Source: Planctomycetota bacterium (GTDB taxonomy: Bacteria > Planctomycetota > Planctomycetia > Planctomycetales > Planctomycetaceae). From it: a stretch of DNA of 49,773 bases. Position numbers and translations under genes: made by a program. The notes below the pieces were generated by a model. The model searched no databases. It worked only from the letters and a program-made list of their open reading frames with translations, and was not told the origin of the DNA. The stretch is from positions 1 through 49,773 of the forward strand of contig JANOZG010000143.1 in assembly GCA_031429275.1 (NCBI GenBank), written 5' to 3'. Positions 8,932 to 16,131 of this stretch are shown in pieces. The first letter of the stretch is position 1; each line of letters starts with the position of its first letter.

Positions 8932-11562
8932 ATGGCATCCAGTGACGACGCTCGAATCGATCAGCAACTTCAGGATCTGCAGGAACGCGCGGGCGAGTTA
9001 ATTCCAAAATGCCATTTTGCAGGTTCATCGCGACTCTACGGCGAACTCCGGCGTCGAGGGCGCGTCGAGCATCGTGCCCATGCGTATGTGCTGGGCACAT
9101 TTTTCCAGATGGATCAGGCTCAATACCTATTCGAATTCCAGACCATGCGCGAACGAGCAGTGGAATTGATTGCCATTCTGGAAAACGAAGAAAAGGTGCG
9201 GCAGATTCAGTCGGATTTCTCGCGCGAGCAATACGACTATCTTGTCTACTCGATGAGTTCCTGTGCCTACGAAAACCTGGCAGAAGCGACAGGGCAGCTT
9301 GAAGGATATAACTCCGACGGCATGCATGCGTGCATCACGGATGGCATTCAGATCTGTCGGCGTACCGGCAAGATTGGATGTGTCAGTTGTTTCCGCGAAT
9401 ATGCATGCGACGTTTACCTCGCGGCTGACGATGCCGACATTGCCAGTCATCAGTGTCGGCTCGTGATGGAGCAGGAAAGTGCATGGTCTGATCGTGGCGA
9501 CCGTCGCTGGCTGGCCGCGACCAAACTTGCATGGCTGGACGCGCTGCATGGCAATTTCGACAAAGCACTGGTGACGATGGATCAAGCATTGGAGTTTACT
9601 CAGGGTGAAGCCGTCTCGTTAAAGCTGGAATCCAGACTCCGGACACTACTGGCACGTGACACAATCCGCCTTGCCGCCGGATTGCCTGGCATCATCGATG
9701 CTGATCCGGCGTTTGCCCAAATGCCAACGCCGGAAGAGTGCCCGATCTTTGAACACACTCTCGATTTGAATGCGGCGTTGCTTTCAGTGCAACGAGAAAA
9801 ATGGGATGAAGCAGAACAGCTGCTGAGTCATTGGGATCAGCGACTGCAAAAATGTAATGGAACTCATTTGTGGTTTGAGACGCGATTACGATTGATTGCA
9901 GTCAAGCGAATGGCCAAACATCAAAAGCAGGCCGATGCTTTGGCTCGACAACTGGAACAGCGTGCTCGAGCCGCGAATGACTATTTGACGTTGCGACGCC
10001 TGGATCTGTTGCTGAGTTCTGAATCTCCGTCCGCATTGGCGATAGCATCAGAATCACGTCGCCTTGAATCGTCGGATACAAAGGCGACCAATGTCGAATC
10101 GTCGGCAACGGTCGTCGATAATGACGATGAAATGACGCCTGATGAACCAGGTCAGGCAGCAGTAACTCCGCTCTCGCAGATGATCGAATCATTCCGCTCG
10201 CGCATGAACGATCTCATGCAGGATCCAAGTCAGGAGAAGTTTGAAAGTATTCGTGCAGATATTCTCGCCGTTGGTGCCGATCAGGCGACGCATCGGGAAG
10301 ATGCTTGTGCTCTGATTCACCTGATGGGCTATCTTGTCGGCGGGGGAGAAGACGGAGACGACGTCTGGAAGTGGGCCAACGCACTCGCTGCACCTCATCG
10401 CAGCAATGCCGTTGCACTGTCGGTGCTGGGTGTTCTGGGCGATGCTTTGCGCACAAGTCCAAACGAAGCGCTTGCAGAGAAGATTACGGCGGAACGGACC
10501 GAGCAGTTGTTTCGGAAGTCTCTGGAACTCGATGCGACAAAACCTCGTAATTTCCTGCGCGCAGGTGATCACTTTGCGGCACAGGATAACAATGGTGAGG
10601 CCGAACGTTGCTTCGCCCGCGCGTTTCGGCTGGACCGCATTGATGGCAACATTGTGCGGCGACTGGCAGATTTGTATACCAACACTGAACGTCCTCGCGA
10701 TGCATTGAATGTGCTGGATCTTAGCCTGCGCGAGGGCAGCATTGATGCTCAGGTGGCGTTTGATGCGGCAATGCTGGCATTCCGTTTGAAACAGTACGAT
10801 GCGACGTTGACATATCTGGAAAAGTTTGAACAGTTGGCGGGTCCAAACGTCTGGACCAATTACTACCGCGGCGTTTGTCACTACGAACAAGGCGATTTTC
10901 AGCTGTGCCTGGATTGCATCGAGCTGGAAGAGCTTCAGGCCGAAACGACCGGCTGGCATCTGGAACTCATGCGAGCCGTGGCAAAGTCCCGCCTGGGCGA
11001 TTTTGCGGGTGCTCAGCCCCATCTCGCCACGGTCATGGATACGCCTCTGTATGAAATAGACTTTCTGTCTTCCACAGGAATTGCCGAACTTCTGCACCGA
11101 CTTAGCGTGGTTGCTGATGAAGTCCTGAAAGATGAGTCGCTGGTGGCAAGATTGGAAACACGACTGCTGCGATCAGGTTTGATGCCCGATGCCTGGTTTC
11201 AGTTTCAACGTGAATCCACCGATCAAAAACCTGTTGAAAATATCAGGCTCTATCGATGCCTTGTACATCAACCGCTTGACGACACGTGGCAGCAAGACCC
11301 AGACCGGTTAAGTGATCAGGCTGGCTGGACGACCTACATCACCGAATGGGGCGTGTTGGCGGAATCAGAAGACGATGCCCGCGAAACTGCACTTCGCTTT
11401 CAGGAAAAATGTTATCACTTACCCGCTATGGTGCCGGAGATTCTGGAGAGCGAAGAATCCTACACGGATATCCCTGGAGCCGTCTGGCAAGCCGGCCGCT
11501 TTGAGCTGACAGACGAAGACCCGGATGACGATGATGATGATGATTTGGACGAAGATGAATAA
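8932..11562 (+). CDS. Large TPR-like helical-repeat protein with a poly-acidic C-terminal tail
   Basis: The track ORF starts at TTG 8926; an ATG at 8932 lies after AAAAGG. TPR-like segments include GEAERCFARAFRLDRIDGNIVRRLADLY and WTNYYRGVCHYEQGDFQLCLDCIE. There is a low-complexity linker near residue 400. The C-terminus is TDEDPDDDDDDDLDEDE. Confidence 0.75.
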   Translation: MASSDDARIDQQLQDLQERAGELIPKCHFAGSSRLYGELRRRGRVEHRAHAYVLGTFFQMDQAQYLFEFQTMRERAVELIAILENEEKVRQIQSDFSREQYDYLVYSMSSCAYENLAEATGQLEGYNSDGMHACITDGIQICRRTGKIGCVSCFREYACDVYLAADDADIASHQCRLVMEQESAWSDRGDRRWLAATKLAWLDALHGNFDKALVTMDQALEFTQGEAVSLKLESRLRTLLARDTIRLAAGLPGIIDADPAFAQMPTPEECPIFEHTLDLNAALLSVQREKWDEAEQLLSHWDQRLQKCNGTHLWFETRLRLIAVKRMAKHQKQADALARQLEQRARAANDYLTLRRLDLLLSSESPSALAIASESRRLESSDTKATNVESSATVVDNDDEMTPDEPGQAAVTPLSQMIESFRSRMNDLMQDPSQEKFESIRADILAVGADQATHREDACALIHLMGYLVGGGEDGDDVWKWANALAAPHRSNAVALSVLGVLGDALRTSPNEALAEKITAERTEQLFRKSLELDATKPRNFLRAGDHFAAQDNNGEAERCFARAFRLDRIDGNIVRRLADLYTNTERPRDALNVLDLSLREGSIDAQVAFDAAMLAFRLKQYDATLTYLEKFEQLAGPNVWTNYYRGVCHYEQGDFQLCLDCIELEELQAETTGWHLELMRAVAKSRLGDFAGAQPHLATVMDTPLYEIDFLSSTGIAELLHRLSVVADEVLKDESLVARLETRLLRSGLMPDAWFQFQRESTDQKPVENIRLYRCLVHQPLDDTWQQDPDRLSDQAGWTTYITEWGVLAESEDDARETALRFQEKCYHLPAMVPEILESEESYTDIPGAVWQAGRFELTDEDPDDDDDDDLDEDE

Positions 11563-11574
11563 TCCGACGACGGA

Positions 11575-13431
11575 CTATTCCCCCACGTCTGCCGCTGGAG
11601 TGTCTGCAGCTGGAGTGTCTGCAGGTACTGGTTCTGGCGACTCGGACTTTTCAGGCTTAATGACTTCTTCTTTGGATGTCGCAGAGGCTTCCGGTGTTGC
11701 AGAGGCTGGTTTCACTGACGCGTCAGGTTCTTCAGGCTTTGGTGCGGGTGCAACGAGTTCCCGTTGACGCAGGCTGTCGCCAAGTTTCAGCTTCCAAACG
11801 CCGGCCGCGTCTTTCATGGTGACGAAGCGATCAGTAATCGAAACGATCTCAGCACTGATCTCGGAAACGATGACTGTTTCGCCTTCCTGCAGAGGGCTGA
11901 CTTTGCCCGTCGCTTTGTTTCGAAACCATGCATACAACACCCCATCTTTGCCAACGATCCCTGACAACATGGTCAGTTGTGCAAAATCATCCTGCACGTC
12001 CAAAGAGATTTTTGCTGCGGCGGATTGTGGTTCAGATCCATTGTCCGTGACCTTAACTTCAACATCGTACTTGCCAGGGGCGAAGGTCTTTGGTGGTGTC
12101 CATTTGAGTTGTCCGGTCTTTGAATCGACGGACAATCCCTCTGGAGCACCCCCACCCAAAGAAAACGTCAGCATGTCTCCACCGTCTTCATCGGACGCAG
12201 TCGCGGTGATCGTGAATTCATTGCCCAGAACGACGATCGCTGACTCTTTCAACGTGATCTTCGGAGCGGCATTTGACTTCTTTACAGTGATCTTCAGTTG
12301 GGAGTCAATTTTGACGTCAGGGGTTTTTTCCTGAGTCATCAGCACAGTAGCTGTGTAATCGCCAGGTTTCAGATCCGCGAGAGGAGACCATTGGAACTCG
12401 CCCGTCATGGCATCAATAACCATGCCATCAGCGGCATCCGCTAACCCAAAGTTTGCGTCGCCCAGCTCCGGGTCAAGACCGTCCGCTTTTGCTGTGAACT
12501 TCACTACTTCTCCCGGCTTGATTGTCTTGCTGGAGACCCCGGTGATGCGCGGTGTGTACTTTTTCGGTGGCGATGGAATTACAAAGAATGAAGATTTAAC
12601 GAACTCTGCATATTGTTCAGAGGACTTCTCTTTTCGATCCCATGCAACGGGGAACAATTCAACAATCGCATCTGCTTCATGTGCTGCCGCTGTTGTCTCT
12701 TCTGCTCCTCGATTGACCTGCCAGCCGGCATCCGCAACAGCATCAACACGCATGAGTTCACGATCGATCCGGATGAAGAATGGCTCAAAAGGCGTTTCAG
12801 CGACAGGGAAGAATTCATTTGGTGCTGCGACGATGACCTTTTCGTCAACTTTGGTGTCGGTAGTCAGCGTTGTGCGTGCAAGCAATTCCCGTCGATCTTC
12901 GGCCCCGGCAGCGCTGATACCTTCGGCGGTCAGCGTGACTGACATTCGTGGATTGCCCTTTGGGCTGGGGCTGTTGATGCTGAGGGACGCAATGCGATGC
13001 AACATGTTTGCCTGATCGAACAGGTAGAGAAATTTCTTCAGTCCCTGTAAGTCGGTCTCTGCATTTCGGACTTCAACGGAAACAAGGCTATACTCTTTTT
13101 GAGAAGATTTTGAGCCAGGAACAACACTGATCCGGCTGAAGCCACATTCTTCTGCCAACGACTGAACCCATTCACGATACAGACGCTGCGAATTATCTAC
13201 ATCCGCTGGAAGGCTGATAGCCTTCCAGTCCTCAAGGTTACGTTTGGCAACGTCGAGCTGTATCTCCTGAGCAGCAAGTGTCTCGGCAGATTTTTCTGCT
13301 GCGATGACGTCGGATTGCAACGTGCGAATTGGTCCACGAATCCAGTTGTCCAGTTTTGTGCGCACCAGAAAGAACAGGACGACGAACGCCAATCCGCCAA
13401 CGAGTACTTTTTTTCGTGTCTGTTCGTCCAT
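11575..13431 (-). CDS. PilO/GspM-like bitopic membrane protein with a long C-terminal extension. The extension holds two cadherin-like/He_PIG Ig domains, a PilP/GspC-HR-like beta domain and a P/A/E-rich tail.
   Basis: The track ORF runs to TTG 13521. An ATG at 13431 gives MDEQTRKKVLVGGLAFVVLFFLV, which includes a TM helix. It is followed by a coiled coil and a PilO-like fold pattern (ISLPADVDNSQRLYREWVQSLAEECGFSRISV...EYSLVSVEVRNAETDLQGLKKFLYLFDQ). The Ig-like repeats include TATASDEDGGDMLTFSLGGGAPEGLSVDSKTGQLKWTPP...KYDVEVKVTDNGS. The PilP-like segment is LTMLSGIVGKDGVLYAWFRNKATGKVSPLQEGETV...VWKLKLG. Confidence 0.7.
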   Translation of the reverse strand: MDEQTRKKVLVGGLAFVVLFFLVRTKLDNWIRGPIRTLQSDVIAAEKSAETLAAQEIQLDVAKRNLEDWKAISLPADVDNSQRLYREWVQSLAEECGFSRISVVPGSKSSQKEYSLVSVEVRNAETDLQGLKKFLYLFDQANMLHRIASLSINSPSPKGNPRMSVTLTAEGISAAGAEDRRELLARTTLTTDTKVDEKVIVAAPNEFFPVAETPFEPFFIRIDRELMRVDAVADAGWQVNRGAEETTAAAHEADAIVELFPVAWDRKEKSSEQYAEFVKSSFFVIPSPPKKYTPRITGVSSKTIKPGEVVKFTAKADGLDPELGDANFGLADAADGMVIDAMTGEFQWSPLADLKPGDYTATVLMTQEKTPDVKIDSQLKITVKKSNAAPKITLKESAIVVLGNEFTITATASDEDGGDMLTFSLGGGAPEGLSVDSKTGQLKWTPPKTFAPGKYDVEVKVTDNGSEPQSAAAKISLDVQDDFAQLTMLSGIVGKDGVLYAWFRNKATGKVSPLQEGETVIVSEISAEIVSITDRFVTMKDAAGVWKLKLGDSLRQRELVAPAPKPEEPDASVKPASATPEASATSKEEVIKPEKSESPEPVPADTPAADTPAADVGE

Positions 13432-13564
13432 CACTATTTCCCGTTTACTTTTATCACTGCAATTCTTGTTGCCTGAATCCTGATCGCTGAATCGTCGGAC
13501 AGGCTTCCAGCCTGTCTTCAACTCACAGACGCAAAGCTTGCCCTGCGTCTGTCTGTTTGACTGA

Positions 13565-15031
13565 CTACGACGCTGGTTCGTCCTGAGGTACCGGCAAGGA
13601 GAGTTCCAGAACGACTTTCATGGCATATTCCGGAGCACCACTGGCCGGACTTGGCACGGGTAAATACGGCTTCACGCCGTAGCCCGCTTCGGCCAGAAGA
13701 CGTCCCGCCGTTTCAATGTCCTCTGGCGTTTTCCCATAGCCTTCCAATTTGACGACCCCCGTACCGCCTTTCTGCACAGTTGAAAACTGAACATTATCGA
13801 CAAAGAAACGATCAGTTTTAGGGAGCACAGACTGCAGTCTGATCACTTCGTCCAGCCACTCGATGTCACGATTGAGCCAGTTTTGAACGGCGTTTGCCTG
13901 AAGAAGTTCGGGTTCGCCGATGGCGAGTTTCTGCTTAATCTGATTGTTGGACCCTCCGAGCAGAGTCTTCTTTTCCGTCAACTCATTGATCTGCCCTTGT
14001 CGCCAGAAATGAATGCCGGCGAACAGCAACAAGGCTGCTAGTGTCCCACCCAGAACTGCCACGCGCCGATAATCTTTTTTCTCCGGTGGCTGACGAGGGT
14101 TGATCAAATCAACAGCCGCCACTTTAGACTTGGTGTCGCCCTGGATTGCTCCTGCCAAAGCCACCACATCGGTGGCAGTGATGCCTTCCGTCAGTTTCCC
14201 GTGAACCAGTGATGTTGCAGGATCAATGCGATCAATCGTCGCTGAATCAAACCGGGCAGCCATCTTATCGGAAACAGCGCTCGTTTCATCTGCCGAGCCG
14301 ATGAGCAGAATACGGCGAATTTTGTGATCGCCTAAGGATTCTGCTGCCGACATGCGAGCGCGTGTCAGTTCAGATCGAAGAGTCCGTTCAATCGCGTCTG
14401 CTGATGACCACGAACTGCCACTATGCGAATACAGCACGGCCGTGCCGCGCAGGAATGTCACTTCAATGAAGTCGCGACGCATGAGCACGACGACATCGAC
14501 AAACGACGTATCGGTGCTTTCCACCAGGATCCCTGCAGTCGCGGCGGCCTGTGCCAGGCAGAACGCGCTGACTCGAAGTTCTTTGAGTTCCAGCCCGGCG
14601 TCGCCTAATGTTCGGCGGGCCTGCGTCACTTGTTCGTTCGGAGCTGTCACCAGGAGCACGTCGCGAGTTGCACTGCCTGGAATGACTGGTAGCGGTGCGA
14701 AGTCCAGCCGGACCGTCTCCACAGGCACAGTGAGTCGCATCGTGGCCTGCATGCGGACCATGTCAGGCAGTTCAGCATCAGAGACTTGTGGCAGCTGAAC
14801 GCGATGAATTGTCACGAATTGCCTGGGGAAGACGACTGTGACCGTTGGATTACCCTTTCCAGCTGCGCTGCCAGCGAACTGCTTCAGCTGGTCCACCACC
14901 ATCAGCATGTCAGTCGCATCAGTTGGGCGATCGATAATCCGGGATGCAGTGATCTCTACGCGATTTCCGTCAGTTCGTCCTCGCGCCACGACCAGACGGT
15001 CGCGATCCCATTCGATAAAAATGTCGGACAT
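13565..15031 (-). CDS. PilM-PilN fusion (GspL-like): a cytoplasmic actin-like domain, a TM helix and a periplasmic PilN-like domain
   Basis: The protein is 488 aa. The N-terminal roughly 320 aa has PilM-like architecture (MSDIFIEWDRDRLVVARGR...). Then comes VDLINPRQPPEKKDYRRVAVLGGTLAALLLFAGIHFW, resembling the PilN INLLP motif plus a TM helix. A coiled coil and a small alpha/beta domain follow. It lies 44 nt upstream of the PilO-like gene on the same strand. Confidence 0.6.
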   Translation of the reverse strand: MSDIFIEWDRDRLVVARGRTDGNRVEITASRIIDRPTDATDMLMVVDQLKQFAGSAAGKGNPTVTVVFPRQFVTIHRVQLPQVSDAELPDMVRMQATMRLTVPVETVRLDFAPLPVIPGSATRDVLLVTAPNEQVTQARRTLGDAGLELKELRVSAFCLAQAAATAGILVESTDTSFVDVVVLMRRDFIEVTFLRGTAVLYSHSGSSWSSADAIERTLRSELTRARMSAAESLGDHKIRRILLIGSADETSAVSDKMAARFDSATIDRIDPATSLVHGKLTEGITATDVVALAGAIQGDTKSKVAAVDLINPRQPPEKKDYRRVAVLGGTLAALLLFAGIHFWRQGQINELTEKKTLLGGSNNQIKQKLAIGEPELLQANAVQNWLNRDIEWLDEVIRLQSVLPKTDRFFVDNVQFSTVQKGGTGVVKLEGYGKTPEDIETAGRLLAEAGYGVKPYLPVPSPASGAPEYAMKVVLELSLPVPQDEPAS

Positions 15032-15209
15032 GATATGGCTTTTTGCGTTCCGCTAAAGACGAGGGCTATACCTGCCCAATTCAACCCCGAAAACGGCATG
15101 GTGGTGTCGCGCAGGATGAGAAACAAGCGCAGGTTACTCAGGATGCGGTTTCCGGAGCAGGATTTTCCGTTTTTTCCGAAGTTGCGGGCAAAAATCCGGT
15201 GGATTGCAG

Positions 15210-15737
15210 TCAGGGAATTGACATTCTTTGGTCGCCTGGGTCGACTCCGATCGTCGGTATCGGCTGACCCTGCTGACCGATTTCAATCCAGTCTGTGCCA
15301 GCCTTTATGTCCATTCGATACGACCGCTTATGGATTTCATCTTCCTTCAGAAGCTTGTAAATATGAATTTCAAGCAGCGACAGGTCCGGCAGTGGCGCCT
15401 TCTCCAGAGCAAGTTCTCCGATGCGTTTTCGCATGAATGTCAGCTTCTGCTCGGACTCTTCCGTTTTAGCCAGCAGGTCGATTTCCGTTTTGACGAGGAT
15501 TCGAAGAATGGTAGGAGTATTCTTGCTGGGCTTCTTTTTCCCTCCATCAACGCGGGGAGCGGAGCCAGGAAATTCGCTGACGATCGCATCCTGCAAGGGT
15601 CTGAACGGGCCTAAATGCAGTTTTGAATATGCATACAGCAAGCCTGTGAGCGTAATTCCCATCACAAACATGCCGACGACCAGCCAGCGACCAGAAACGG
15701 TGCGTTCGCTGGGTAAAGTGAATTGTGGATCGGACAT
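15210..15737 (-). CDS. Single-pass membrane protein, hypothetical
   Basis: 175 aa. It has one TM helix (GRWLVVGMFVMGITLTGLLYAY) and a charged soluble domain. It lies upstream of, and on the same strand as, the PilMN-like gene, with a 178-nt gap. Confidence 0.55.
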   Translation of the reverse strand: MSDPQFTLPSERTVSGRWLVVGMFVMGITLTGLLYAYSKLHLGPFRPLQDAIVSEFPGSAPRVDGGKKKPSKNTPTILRILVKTEIDLLAKTEESEQKLTFMRKRIGELALEKAPLPDLSLLEIHIYKLLKEDEIHKRSYRMDIKAGTDWIEIGQQGQPIPTIGVDPGDQRMSIP

Positions 15738-15945
15738 GAATTGGTCGAATTTCTAAGAGTATCAACTTCCGTGACGGGCAAGGTTCAGCTCTCGGGGGAA
15801 GGACCTTCGACCCGACATTGAGGGACTGCCGACTTCCCTCTGCGTGGATTCTACGCGTTGCCCACAATCGAACCCACATTTCCCGCTAATTCACACGCAA
15901 TTTCCCGCGAACGATGCTTCCTGGGACTTCAAAGCTGGTTTCTCG

Positions 15946-15975
15946 TTGACGTTACTGCCACCTGTCTTCTACAGT
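15946..15975 (+). promoter_or_regulatory. Candidate sigma70-type promoter for the cimA leader
   Basis: TTGACG (15946-15951), an 18-nt spacer, then TACAGT (15970-15975). The predicted transcription start falls at about 15981-15983, at the leader ATG, so the leader ORF may be leaderless. Confidence 0.3.
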
Positions 15976-15982
15976 GTTGCTC

Positions 15983-16060
15983 ATGCACCACAGCATTTGC
16001 AGCATTCAGAACATTTGGATCGGCGGTATTATTATCGCTCGATCGCTGCAACATGCCTGA
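15983..16060 (+). CDS. Candidate isoleucine-rich leader peptide (25 aa) of the cimA attenuator
   Basis: Codons run from ATG 15983 to TGA 16058-16060. Translation is MHHSICSIQNIWIGGIIIARSLQHA, with 7 Ile in 25 residues. This includes the run ATT ATT ATC at 16028-16036. It is too short for the supplied track. Confidence 0.5.
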   Translation: MHHSICSIQNIWIGGIIIARSLQHA

Positions 16061-16110
16061 GGAAGATCCAAATTGATTCCAGCCCTCAGGACACCCCTGA
16101 GGGTTTTTTT
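16055..16110 (+). promoter_or_regulatory. Transcription attenuator: an intrinsic terminator with a competing antiterminator arm, 21 nt upstream of the cimA ATG
   Basis: The terminator is CCCTCAGG (16083-16090), loop ACACC, CCTGAGGG (16096-16103), then seven Ts (16104-16110). CCTGAGG at 16056-16062 overlaps the leader stop codon. It repeats the terminator 3' arm and can instead pair with 16084-16090. There is no upstream plus-strand gene that this terminator could serve. Confidence 0.65.
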
Positions 16111-16131
16111 ATTGGCTAAAGGCCGCAGAAT

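Noticed and set aside
10189-11097. 302-aa minus-strand ORF
   Set aside because: It is entirely antisense inside the TPR-like gene. Its Cys/Arg/Gln-rich translation is typical of the shadow frame of a GC-balanced gene.
11525-11545. (GAT)n trinucleotide run as a possible phase-variation switch
   Set aside because: The unit length is 3 nt and the run is in frame. Slippage would only change the poly-Asp tail length and would not switch expression on or off.
15844-16119. 91-aa and 72-aa plus-strand ORFs covering the cimA upstream region
   Set aside because: Both read straight through the terminator hairpin and U-tract and have no protein-like features. The 25-codon Ile-rich ORF in the third frame explains the region better.
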